A stretch of 61,867 bases of DNA, counting the filler, from Chthonomonadaceae bacterium (lineage in GTDB: Bacteria > Armatimonadota > Chthonomonadetes > Chthonomonadales > Chthonomonadaceae), in NCBI GenBank assembly GCA_035650735.1. It is 4 parts of 4 records of this genome, joined end to end, with 100 filler letters (N's around TTAATTAATTAA, not from the genome) between each part and the next. Parts side by side here need not be neighbours in the genome. Positions count along the whole stretch, not along the records: positions 1 to 29,418 come from DASRGZ010000022.1; positions 29,519 to 38,922 come from DASRGZ010000025.1; 2 more parts are not named here. One strand, written 5' to 3'. Under the pieces are notes generated by a model that saw only the letters and a list, made by a program, of their open reading frames with translations, was not told the DNA's origin and ran no database searches. A program made the position numbers and the translations under genes. Each line of letters opens with the position of its first letter. The first letter of the stretch is position 1. Of this stretch, positions 21,963 to 33,930 are shown piece after piece.

Positions 21963-23138
21963 TTAGAAGTGGATGTGCTGGCCGATACGGTGGACGGCCT
22001 CCTGGATGCGCTCGCCGTTCTTGTCGCCCAGCACTGTCAGGGACATCCGCACGTAGCCTTCCCCGTACTCCCCGTAGCCGCTTCCGGGAATCACGTTGAC
22101 GCTCGCCTCCTCCAATAGCAGCCTGGCAAAGGAGGCCGAGGTATGCCCCTCCGGGACGCGCGCCCAGACGTAGAAGGTCGCCTTCGGTTTGGGCACTTTC
22201 CAGCCCAGCGCGTTCAGGCCGTCGCAGAGAATATCCCGGCGGCGGCGGTAAAGTTCCAATGTGGCGCGGTTGTCGCCGTGCAACAGGGCGTAAGCGCCGG
22301 CCACCGAGACGGCGGGAAACTGCTTGCTGTCCAGGTTGGACTTCAGCTTGTTCAGCGTGGCGATGGCCTCCGGGTTGCCAATGGCGAAGCCTAGCCGCCA
22401 GCCGGTCATGTTGAAGGTCTTGGAGAGCGAATGCAATTCGATGGTAACGTCCTTTGCGCCGGGGATCTGTAGGAGCGACGGCGGGCGATAGTCGTCATAG
22501 TAGACTTCGGAATAGGCCGCATCGTTGACGATGAGCAGGTCGTGGTCGCGGGCGAAGGCGACCGCATCGGCATAGAAGTCGAGCGAGGCGACGGCCCCGG
22601 TCGGGTTGTTGGGATAGTTCAACCAGAGTAGCTTCGCCTTTTTAGCGACATCTGCGGGAATGGCGGTCAGGTCGGGAAGGAAGCCGTTCTCCTCCCGGAG
22701 CGGCATCGTGTGCGTCTCGCCGCCGGCCATGAGCGTGTTGACCTTGTAGACGGTATAGGCCGGGTCGGGCACCAGGGAGATGTCTCCAGGGTCCATATAG
22801 GCCCAGGCCAGGTGCGCCAGTCCCTCCTTGCTGCCGATGAGCAGCAGGGCCTCCGTCGCCGGGTCTATCGTGATGCCAAACCGCTTGCCGCAGAAGGCGG
22901 CCGCCGCCTCCAGGAAGGGCACCCAGCCTGCGCTCGTTTCGTCGTAACGGTGGGTTTCCGGGTCGTGGGCGGCCTCGCAGAGCGCATCCACAATGCTTTC
23001 GGGCGTGGGCTGGTCGGGATCGCCGATGCCCATGTCAATCAGGTCTTTGCCTTCGGCCAGAGCCTTGCGCTTGAGCGCGGCGATCTCCCCGAACAGGTAG
23101 GGCGGTATTTTGTCCAGGCGTTGGGCGCGAGCGATCAA
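21963..23138 (-). CDS. dapL: PLP-dependent class I/II aminotransferase, LL-diaminopimelate aminotransferase-like
   Basis: IPPYLF, IDMGIGDPDQPTP, GSKEG, LNYPNNPTG, SLSKTFNMTGWRLG; specificity inferred from resemblance only. Confidence 0.7.
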   Translation of the reverse strand: MIARAQRLDKIPPYLFGEIAALKRKALAEGKDLIDMGIGDPDQPTPESIVDALCEAAHDPETHRYDETSAGWVPFLEAAAAFCGKRFGITIDPATEALLLIGSKEGLAHLAWAYMDPGDISLVPDPAYTVYKVNTLMAGGETHTMPLREENGFLPDLTAIPADVAKKAKLLWLNYPNNPTGAVASLDFYADAVAFARDHDLLIVNDAAYSEVYYDDYRPPSLLQIPGAKDVTIELHSLSKTFNMTGWRLGFAIGNPEAIATLNKLKSNLDSKQFPAVSVAGAYALLHGDNRATLELYRRRRDILCDGLNALGWKVPKPKATFYVWARVPEGHTSASFARLLLEEASVNVIPGSGYGEYGEGYVRMSLTVLGDKNGERIQEAVHRIGQHIHF

Positions 23139-23278
23139 ATTTCTTTCTCCTCCAAGAGCAGGATTGGGTTGTGTCTAGCTATAGTTTACCCGCTCCGGCC
23201 CCAAACTTCCCCGACGGCGCGGCGGGCATTATGATATAATAGACAGAAGATATATGGCCTATTAAGAGGAGGCACAGA

Positions 23279-23518
23279 ATGGCAGCCGCACCCAAGCCGG
23301 ATAGACCGGACGTCAGCCGGTTCTTCGTCAGCGAGGAAAAGAGAGCGGAACTGCGCAAAATCGCGCGGGAGGTAAATGCACGCGCTGGCATTCCTTTCGA
23401 CCCAACAATCACTGCGGAGCAGGAGCTAATGCGGGCACAAGGCGTTCGCCCGGAGAATAACGGCGCCTCGCGCGAACTCCTGAGGATGCGCTACGGCGGC
23501 GATTACGAAGAGGAGTAG
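23279..23518 (+). CDS. Putative antitoxin
   Basis: 79-aa ORF with GAGGAGG SD ending 3 nt before a PIN gene; extended -10 TGATATAAT at 23232-23240. Confidence 0.65.
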   Translation: MAAAPKPDRPDVSRFFVSEEKRAELRKIAREVNARAGIPFDPTITAEQELMRAQGVRPENNGASRELLRMRYGGDYEEE

Positions 23519-23521
23519 CCG

Positions 23522-24025
23522 GTGCCGCAATTGCCTTGGGATGCCAGTGCTTTAGTAAAACGGTTTTATACAGAAACGGGCAGCGATACCGTGAATGCTC
23601 TGTTTACGTTCACGCCTGCCCTCCAGATGGCTTCAACGTATATCAGCTATGCAGAAACCGCCTCTATCCTCCGCCGAAGGTTCAATCGCGGCGATATCAC
23701 ATTAGTCGCCTTTAATGCCGTCCGCAACGCGCTTGCAAATGAGGTGCTCCATAGTGCCGATGTTAGCCTGATGTCAGTAGACGATACGGCAGTGCTGGCC
23801 GGTATTGCGCTCTCTGATGCGTATAACATTAACTCTTCGGATGCCGCTATTCTGGCTGTCTTTCTGCGCTATGCGCGTTCTCTGCCGCCTACAGACCCCG
23901 CCTGTGTCCTGGTTGCCTCCGACCAGCGCCTTCTCCGCGCTGCCGCAGCGGAAGGGCTGACTATCCTCAACCCGGAACTCCTGGCCGTCGCCGACGTGGC
24001 TGCCTTCCTCGCTTCCCTCGCCTGA
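23522..24025 (+). CDS. PIN-domain (VapC-like) toxin
   Basis: [19 protein letters not shown] and [10 protein letters not shown] acidic PIN motifs. Confidence 0.85.
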   Translation: MPQLPWDASALVKRFYTETGSDTVNALFTFTPALQMASTYISYAETASILRRRFNRGDITLVAFNAVRNALANEVLHSADVSLMSVDDTAVLAGIALSDAYNINSSDAAILAVFLRYARSLPPTDPACVLVASDQRLLRAAAAEGLTILNPELLAVADVAAFLASLA

Positions 24026-24035
24026 TCTGCCGATA

Positions 24036-24044
24036 TGCTATAAT
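24036..24044 (+). promoter_or_regulatory. Extended -10 promoter for lepA
   Basis: TGCTATAAT 36 nt upstream of the lepA ATG. Confidence 0.5.
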
Positions 24045-24080
24045 GGACAGGAGAGAAAAAGCAGACCTAACGAGCAACCT

Positions 24081-25880
24081 ATGAATCAAGATCATATTCG
24101 TAATTTTTGTATCATCGCCCACGTCGATCACGGCAAGTCCACCCTGGCCGACCGCATCCTGGAGGCGACCCACGCCATCAGCCAGCGGGAGATGCAGGAC
24201 CAACTGCTCGATACGATGGATCTGGAGCGCGAGCGCGGCATCACGATCAAGATGACCGCCGTGCGCCTGCACTACACGGCCAGAAACGGGCAGGAGTACC
24301 AGTTCAACCTGATTGACACGCCGGGCCACGTGGACTTCACCTACGAGGTGTCGCGGTCGCTGGCCGCCTGCGAGGGCGCGCTGCTGGTGGTGGATGCGGC
24401 GCAGGGCGTGGAGGCGCAGACGCTCGCCAACGTCAACCTGGCCTACGCCAACCATCTGCACCTTATTCCGGTGATCAACAAGATTGACCTTCCCGCCGCC
24501 GACCCGGAGCGAGTCAAGGACGAGATCGAGAACGTCCTGACTCTGGACGCTTCCGACGCCATTCTGGCCAGCGCCAAGGCGGGCATCGGCATTGAGGAGA
24601 TCCTGGAGGCCATTGTCGAGCGCATTCCGCCGCCCTCCGGCGACCCGAAGGCCCCGTTGCGCGCCCTGATCTTTGACAGCACATTCGACCCCTATCTTGG
24701 CGTCGTGTGCTACGTGCGCGTGGTGGATGGGGCCATCCGACCGGGGCAGCGTATTCGCTTTATGGCGACCGGCAAGGATTTCGAGGTCACCGAGGTCGGC
24801 ACCTTCGCCCCACAGCGGCGCGTCGGCCAGCAGATCGGCACGGGCGAGGTCGGCTATGTCGCCGCCAGCATCAAGACCATCGGGGATGCCCGCGTCGGGG
24901 ATACCATCACGGACGCGGCCCATCCCTCGCACACGCCCTTGCCTGGCTACCGCACGGCCAAGCCGATGGTGTTCTGCGGACTCTACCCGGTGGACGGCGC
25001 GGAGTACCCGGACCTGCGCGAGGCCCTGCTCAAATTGCAGCTTAACGACGCCGCGCTCTCCTTCGAGCCGGAGACCTCCGCCGCACTCGGCTTCGGGTTC
25101 CGCTGCGGCTTCCTGGGCCTGCTGCACATGGAGATCGTGCAGGAGCGGCTGGAGCGCGAGTTCGACCTGGGCCTGATCGCTACCTCACCCTCGGTTGTCT
25201 ATAAGGTCTATAAGACCGACGGCAAGGTCGTAGATGTGGATAACCCGGCGCACATGCCGCCGCCAACCGCCATTGACCACATTGACGAGCCGTTTGTGGA
25301 TGCGACCATCATGCTGCCGAGCACCTACGTTGGGACGGTCATGGAGCTTTGCCGCGATAGGCGCGGCGAGTTTATCAAGATGGAGTATCCGGCCCCGGAT
25401 CGAGTCATCCTACACTACAAGCTGCCGCTCTCCGAGATCCTGATGGATTTCTTCGACCAGCTTAAATCGCGCACGAAAGGCTACGCCTCCTTCGATTACG
25501 AGATGGCCGGGTATCAGCAGGCGAATCTGGTCAAGATTGATATTCTGATCAACGGCGACGTGGTGGATGCGCTCTCGTTCATCACGCACCGTGATAAAGC
25601 CTATTCGCGCGCCCGCCTCTTTACCGAAAAACTCAAAGAGGTCGTGCCGCGCCAGCAGTACGAGGTCCGCATTCAGGCGGCCATCGGCGGCAAGATCATC
25701 GCCGCCGAGTCGGTCAAGCCCTTTAGAAAGAACGTAACGGCCAAGTGCTACGGCGGCGACATCACCCGCAAGCGCAAGCTGCTGGAGAAGCAGAAAGAGG
25801 GCAAGAAGCGGATGAAGCAGGTCGGCAGCATCGAGATACCGCAGGAAGCCTTCCTCAGCGTCCTCAAAATCGGCGAGTAG
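24081..25880 (+). CDS. lepA: Elongation factor 4
   Basis: [64 protein letters not shown]. Confidence 0.98.
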   Translation: MNQDHIRNFCIIAHVDHGKSTLADRILEATHAISQREMQDQLLDTMDLERERGITIKMTAVRLHYTARNGQEYQFNLIDTPGHVDFTYEVSRSLAACEGALLVVDAAQGVEAQTLANVNLAYANHLHLIPVINKIDLPAADPERVKDEIENVLTLDASDAILASAKAGIGIEEILEAIVERIPPPSGDPKAPLRALIFDSTFDPYLGVVCYVRVVDGAIRPGQRIRFMATGKDFEVTEVGTFAPQRRVGQQIGTGEVGYVAASIKTIGDARVGDTITDAAHPSHTPLPGYRTAKPMVFCGLYPVDGAEYPDLREALLKLQLNDAALSFEPETSAALGFGFRCGFLGLLHMEIVQERLEREFDLGLIATSPSVVYKVYKTDGKVVDVDNPAHMPPPTAIDHIDEPFVDATIMLPSTYVGTVMELCRDRRGEFIKMEYPAPDRVILHYKLPLSEILMDFFDQLKSRTKGYASFDYEMAGYQQANLVKIDILINGDVVDALSFITHRDKAYSRARLFTEKLKEVVPRQQYEVRIQAAIGGKIIAAESVKPFRKNVTAKCYGGDITRKRKLLEKQKEGKKRMKQVGSIEIPQEAFLSVLKIGE

Positions 25881-26009
25881 CCCTGTGCCGTCCCCTTATG
25901 GTAGAGAAGGGACCGCACAGGGCCGGTATATGGACCGTTAACAGGCAAAGACAAGTATATTTGCTTGTAGAAGGCTGGCACGCTCTCTATTTGAGATTGT
26001 GAGGCAGCA

Positions 26010-26282
26010 GTGATGACAATCCCCCTTGAGTTAACAGCAGAACAGAGTGAGCACTTGCAACAGGAGGCGACCAAACGTGGATTGAGCGCTGCCGAGTATG
26101 CGCAACGGCTAATCGAAAGCAGCCTGCCACTACGACCGCCTGCATCCCACTCGCTATGGTACACGCTCACGCCGGAGGAATGGGTACAACAGACCAGGGA
26201 ATGGACGGATAGTAACCACGATCTGCCTATTCTTTCCGACGAGGCTATATCTCGCGAAGGCATCTGCGAAGGACGCCCTTGA
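26010..26282 (+). CDS. Small hypothetical protein, antitoxin-like, without a toxin
   Basis: TIPLEL...ATKRGLSAAEY N-terminus and LSDEAISRE C-terminus resemble proteins usually found before PIN toxins. Confidence 0.55.
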   Translation: MMTIPLELTAEQSEHLQQEATKRGLSAAEYAQRLIESSLPLRPPASHSLWYTLTPEEWVQQTREWTDSNHDLPILSDEAISREGICEGRP

Positions 26283-26312
26283 CCGCTACACCATAGTCAC
26301 CGAGCGCAGGTG

Positions 26313-26771
26313 CTAAGGGGTGGCACTGACGACCGCTTGCTCGTCTGCCGCTGCCATATCTGCGACGACCGACCCGCACGCCTTGCACTTCCTAGCCGCC
26401 GCAGGAATGGTCTCCAGGCACTCGGGACAGGCCTTGGTCGGCGGGGCAGGCGGTTCCGGCACCGGCTTGAGCAATGCCTTTGTAATCAGGTACACCACAA
26501 AGGCAATGATGAGGAAGTCTATCACCGTCCCGACGAAGTGGCCGTACTGGATGGCGCTTTCGGTCACTTTCCCCTGGGCATCCGTGGTCGTCTTTAAGAC
26601 CATTTTGGCTTCCCGCCAATCTCCGGCGGGCATTATGATCCCGATGACCGGCATGAGCAGATCCTCCACGATGCCGGTGACGACCTTGCCGGTAGCCGCG
26701 CCGATGATGACGCCGATAGCCAGGGCCAGGGCGTTGGATTTGGTCAGGAACGCTTTAAACTCTTGTAGCAT
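26313..26771 (-). CDS. mscL: Large-conductance mechanosensitive channel with C-terminal zinc ribbon
   Basis: MLQEFKAFL, LAIGVIIGAA, IQYGHF, FLIIAFVVY; CPEC...CKAC tail. Confidence 0.9.
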   Translation of the reverse strand: MLQEFKAFLTKSNALALAIGVIIGAATGKVVTGIVEDLLMPVIGIIMPAGDWREAKMVLKTTTDAQGKVTESAIQYGHFVGTVIDFLIIAFVVYLITKALLKPVPEPPAPPTKACPECLETIPAAARKCKACGSVVADMAAADEQAVVSATP

Positions 26772-26849
26772 AGTAGCCTCCCGTGCGCATCACATGCAGT
26801 CGAAGCTGATAAAACGAGCCTAACTGTAAATCTACGCTTTTTACATTCC

Positions 26850-26931
26850 GGTAGACACTCCCAGCCGTGTGGATCAATCTCACGCAGCCTGCTGCTGAGG
26901 AGATACGTCAACACCGTTGGGAGCGATTACC
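26850..26931 (+). mobile_element. 82-bp MITE, copy 3
   Basis: Near identical to copy 1; 8-bp direct repeat TACATTCC. Confidence 0.88.
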
Positions 26932-27145
26932 TACATTCCCTAATACAGGAGAGGTTTCCTGCTCACTTTTGCCTGCTTAACCCCTAAAGTCTCACTTGCC
27001 TCCCACGAAACTCGCATTTGCCCCGGCGCTATTCCCGCACTTTGCGCGGCGGACCTTCCTCAACCGCGTGGAACAACCTCGTTGAAGCATGGCTTCCGCC
27101 CCTGAAAAGGGCTAACCTGTCTTACGATCTTTGCTCTCGCATCAG

Positions 27146-27258
27146 GCCCTTCCGAGGCGAGAAAACTATCTCGAAAGAGAAGCAAAGGGCCTAAGGCAAG
27201 GGGCGCCATGCCGGTGGTGCCGGGCCTCGCGCCTCGATGGCCGGGCCGCCGAAAGGGC
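27146..27258 (+). ncRNA. Possible degenerate c-di-GMP-I (GEMM)-like riboswitch
   Basis: TCTC-GAAA-GAGA hairpin, GCAAAG, GGCCTAA and ATGGCCGGGCCGCCGAA in GEMM order, closed by GCCCTT/AAGGGC; upstream of a pilin; some consensus elements missing. Confidence 0.35.
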
Positions 27259-27337
27259 GATGACCACAGACCTATCCAGGGAGGATAGGCTTCTTTTGCA
27301 CGACCTTTATCCAACGAGGCAGACAAGGAAGGCTGTT

Positions 27338-27757
27338 ATGTATCACCTAGTTTCCGACAGGAGTCGCAAAGGGTTTACTTTGATCGAGCTGCTGGTCGTC
27401 GTCCTGATCATGGCGATCCTGATGGCCATCGCGATTCCGGCCTACCTGGCTTCCATCGCCGAATCGCGCCGGCGTACCTGCCGGGACAATATGCAGACGA
27501 TTGCCCATGCCGAACAGGCGTTTCTGGTACGCAATGCGATGGGGGGCTATACCAACGATTTAAGCGTGGGAGGACCGCTGATAGGGCCTGGCAAAGACCT
27601 GCCGGCGGTGCCTCTCTGCCCGGAGGGAGGCACCTACAGCGTGGATACCGGCGTCAATAACAGGGGGCCGATGACCATCCATTGCAGCGTTCCGGCGCAC
27701 GACCGGACCGACGACGGGCAGAATACGGGCTATCAGCCAGGGCGGGATGCCTCGTAG
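27338..27757 (+). CDS. Type IV pilin-like prepilin
   Basis: KGFTLIELLVVV cleavage motif, C-terminal CPEGGTY...CSVPAH; AAGGAAGG upstream of ATG 27338. Confidence 0.88.
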   Translation: MYHLVSDRSRKGFTLIELLVVVLIMAILMAIAIPAYLASIAESRRRTCRDNMQTIAHAEQAFLVRNAMGGYTNDLSVGGPLIGPGKDLPAVPLCPEGGTYSVDTGVNNRGPMTIHCSVPAHDRTDDGQNTGYQPGRDAS

Positions 27758-27967
27758 GAGTAGGTGCCTTCTTAGGGCGAGCCGCACAAACGCATTTTTC
27801 TCTTGCGTCCCACCTGACGGGCATGAACTCTGGGTGAGATAGCTAACGATTCAGGCAGAAGAAAGTTTAGCAATCCCGCTTGGGGTCTATAAAGGAGAGG
27901 CAGAGGCGCGGCCCTGGATTCGCTCCGGGCGCGGCGTAGCGGTCCGGCGCAATGCCGGCAGCCAGGG

Positions 27968-28978
27968 CTATTCCCGGCATTGCGTGGACCATTGCGTATG
28001 GATCGGGTCCAGCCTGCCGCTGGCCAGGCAGTCCAGAAGCTTATGGAGGCGCGCTGCCAGGCCGGCCAGGGCCGTATCGCCGGGCTGAGTCCGCGCGAAC
28101 GCCTCGGCGGTGGTCGCCGCCTCGGCAAAGAAGCCGGCATCCCAGAGCGCGCGCAGAAGCAGCACGCGCAGCGCGGGGTCCTCGGGGTGGGCCCTGACTT
28201 CGGCGCGCAGCGCCTCCAGGTTCTGCCGGACGGACGGCGCCGCGACCCAGAAGATGGTTTGGGCCTTGCTTTCGGGCTGAATGCCGTCGGAGGGAACGGT
28301 CACGACCCATCGGTAGAGTTGGCCGGGCGCGAGCGCCGGCTTATCCGCCGGGTATTGAGCTGTGGCCGTATTTCCAGGAAACTGCTGCTGCCAGAGCGGC
28401 GTTGGGTCGCGCAGCGGGTAGACCGCGATGACCACGTTATCGGGGGCCGGCACGGTGTTCCAGGAGAAGCGGGGCCTTGTCTCCAGGATCGCGCCCAGCG
28501 GCGCGTTCATCCGGGTCAGTACGGGAGAGAGGTCGGCGCTGCGGATATTGGTCATCAGGCCCCCCTCGCGGGGCCGGCGCACATCCTGGCGGTTGTAGGA
28601 GATGCGAGCGCCGGGCGTGGGGAGCCGTTGAGGCGCCGGCCCGGCGATGCGCCGCAGCCCCGCAGGCGTGACGACCGCCCGGGCGCCCGCCGTCAGCCGA
28701 TAGCGCGCACTGGATTTATACCAGGCCAGGGTGAGGGCCGCGCCACGACCCGCCGCCACAGCGATCTCCTGACCAGGGGCGACCTCCTCGCCCAGCATCA
28801 GGGGCGACGACGACCGGACGCCCGGATGGGCGCGCACCTGCGCGCTGCCCTGAACCGCCACCACCAGTGCCACCGGGCCGTTGGCCCGCCCCGTCTTCTG
28901 CGCTGCGATGGCGGGAGCGGAGCTAGCCCACGCCAGCAGCCACCATCCCAGGATGCCTACCACCCGCAAGGCTGTCAT
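27968..28978 (-). CDS. Secreted hypothetical protein, DUF928-like central region
   Basis: Signal peptide; RPRFSW...YPADKPALAPGQLYRWVV; start overlaps the cyclase stop (ATGA). Confidence 0.6.
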   Translation of the reverse strand: MTALRVVGILGWWLLAWASSAPAIAAQKTGRANGPVALVVAVQGSAQVRAHPGVRSSSPLMLGEEVAPGQEIAVAAGRGAALTLAWYKSSARYRLTAGARAVVTPAGLRRIAGPAPQRLPTPGARISYNRQDVRRPREGGLMTNIRSADLSPVLTRMNAPLGAILETRPRFSWNTVPAPDNVVIAVYPLRDPTPLWQQQFPGNTATAQYPADKPALAPGQLYRWVVTVPSDGIQPESKAQTIFWVAAPSVRQNLEALRAEVRAHPEDPALRVLLLRALWDAGFFAEAATTAEAFARTQPGDTALAGLAARLHKLLDCLASGRLDPIHTQWSTQCRE

Positions 28979-29418
28979 CGTCCGGTTTCCCTCTCCTTCT
29001 GGTTTTGCCTGCGCACGATGTAGACCAAAATCGCGTCATGGTTAGAGGGCGTATAGATGCAGGGGCCCTCCACGCAGAAGCCGGCGCCGAGGCGCGCGAA
29101 TTCGGTGCCGGCCCCCATACGCTCAAATGTGGCGGCGCTCATCACGATGGCGGCGCCGAAATGCTTGGTGGCGTCCTCCAGGCGTGCGGCCACGTTGACC
29201 GTATCGCCAATCGCCGTATATTCCGGTTTCTGACGTGCCTGGAGAAAGCCTACGACCGCCGGGCCGCAGTGGAGGCCAATGCCTAGCTGCAAGCCGGGAA
29301 ACATCGCGTTTAGCTCTCTATCCTGCGAGACCGCCGCCTGCATCTCCAGGGCGCACCGCACCGCCCGCTGAGCGTGATCCGCCATCTCCAGCGGCGCCCC
29401 GAAAAATGCCATCATGCC
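28975..29418 (-). CDS. Class III adenylate/guanylate cyclase, C-terminal part (cut by contig end)
   Basis: MAFFGAP, HAQRAVRCAL, GIGLHCG, YTAIGDTVNVAARLE. Confidence 0.9.
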   Translation of the reverse strand, partial: GMMAFFGAPLEMADHAQRAVRCALEMQAAVSQDRELNAMFPGLQLGIGLHCGPAVVGFLQARQKPEYTAIGDTVNVAARLEDATKHFGAAIVMSAATFERMGAGTEFARLGAGFCVEGPCIYTPSNHDAILVYIVRRQNQKERETGR

Positions 29419-29518
29419 NNNNNNNNNNNNNNNNNNNNNNNNNNNNNNNNNNNNNNNNNNNNTTAATTAATTAANNNNNNNNNNNNNNNNNNNNNNNNNN
29501 NNNNNNNNNNNNNNNNNN
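29419..29518. other. Artificial contig spacer
   Basis: N44-TTAATTAATTAA-N44 (stops in all frames). Confidence 0.97.
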
Positions 29519-29853
29519 GCTCTGTTTGGCTCTGTGCGGCGCAGAAAGTGCTACATAGAGCAGCGGGCTATCCTCTAAAGCAGGCTGAACCGACTTGTTG
29601 CTCGCCTTATGGGTAGCTGTTGTCGCTAGAGGCTGGTGAAAAGTGCATAACACGCTCTAAAGACTAAAACAGACCACACCTCGCGCCTTCCCAGACCGCT
29701 AATGCTCGTCGGGAACAGAAAAATGCTGCCTACTCCAAATACGGCAACGTTGTGGGCAGATGCAAGGAGGTGAGATGGCACCTGCCGGGTGGCTACCCGG
29801 CAGACAGATACCGAAGGATAGCCCTGTCATCCAGCGTGGTTGCCTCTCGAAGG

Positions 29854-29949
29854 CTCCATCTCAAACCACTGTTAGCGCGGGGCTGGGCATCCACGACCTG
29901 TAGGCGCTCGATGCCTGCCTCCATTTCAAACCATTGTTAGCGCAGGGCT
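29854..29949. repeat. Two 31-bp direct repeats separated by 34 bp
   Basis: CTCCATCTCAAACCACTGTTAGCGCGGGGCT (29854) and CTCCATTTCAAACCATTGTTAGCGCAGGGCT (29919), 28/31 identical. Confidence 0.75.
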
Positions 29950-30016
29950 AGTCGGCCTGGCAATAGCGAATGGCAACACCGCACGAAACGGTGATTCCAT
30001 CTCGAACGCGCAAGCT

Positions 30017-30098
30017 GGTAATCCCTCCCAACGGTGTGGACGTATCTCCTCAGCAGCAGGCTGCGTGAGATTGATCCACACGGCTGGGAGTGTCTACC
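30017..30098 (-). mobile_element. 82-bp MITE, copy 4
   Basis: Reverse orientation; 8-bp direct repeat CGCAAGCT. Confidence 0.88.
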
Positions 30099-30175
30099 CG
30101 CAAGCTCTAATCATGGATGAATGCAGCCCTGCCAGGCGGATGCAGTTTGCAATAGATACGGAAAAGGAGAGATTT

Positions 30176-33334
<3,159 letters not shown>

Positions 33335-33366
33335 TCCGCCCAACGAGTCCTGGAAGCGACCTTTAT

Positions 33367-33403
33367 CCCCGCTCTTCTGCTCTACGGAAGGGCGGGGGTT
33401 TTT
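33367..33403 (+). terminator. Intrinsic terminator
   Basis: CCCCGCTCTTC...GAAGGGCGGGG followed by GTTTTT just after the subtilase stop. Confidence 0.65.
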
Positions 33404-33459
33404 CTTCGTTGGGAGAGCACAACGCATCTTCAGGGTCCTTCCGTTTCCCGGCACTCGAC

Positions 33460-33723
33460 GCCGGGCACGGAAAGTACCCGGCTCTAGGGCCTACGGCCAA
33501 GCGACTGCAAGGGACGCCGCTCAACGGTTCGCGGCTCGGCCTTGCGACTAGCGGACGCACAGCCAAGCCAGGTGTTCCGTCCGCCAGTCGCAAGGCAAAG
33601 GCACGAGTGTCGCTAGGCGGAGGAACGAGCGTGCGTAGTTCCGACCCTAGCAGTGGCAGTGCCGTCCCTTGCAGTCGGTTGGCGGCGTAGCCGCCCTAGA
33701 GACGGGTACGTTCAGTGCCCGGC
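33460..33723. repeat. Nested palindromic modular repeat element
   Basis: IR arms 33474-33490/33693-33709 (16/17), 33496-33516/33663-33683 (20/21), 33539-33557/33578-33596 (18/19); modules recur at 39098-39266 and 59339-59424. Confidence 0.8.
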
Positions 33724-33930
33724 TCCAGGGCTGCGGACGCCAAAAACGCAAAAGCACCGAGAATGGAAGGACCCTGCCGCATCTTATGGTTTGCAGGGAT
33801 CAGGGAGGGCAGGCGCGAATTGCTTTGGAGAAGCAAACCGATGCCAGGACGCGGCTGCTTCTTCAGGCAGTTATCGGGCTATTGGATTTGCAAGGTCATG
33901 GCGCTCTGAAGCCAGAGGAGGAGGGCGAAG

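Noticed and set aside
29519..29653. Short minus-strand ORF running into the spacer
   Set aside because: No recognisable motif or SD, so it cannot be supported
29854..29949. Bona fide CRISPR array
   Set aside because: Only two imperfect repeats, no cas genes in view and no canonical repeat terminus
30065..30175. N-terminal extension of the subtilase (MRLIHTAGSVY...)
   Set aside because: Starts inside MITE copy 4; SD and signal peptide support ATG 30176. The same artefact gives ORF 60410-60643
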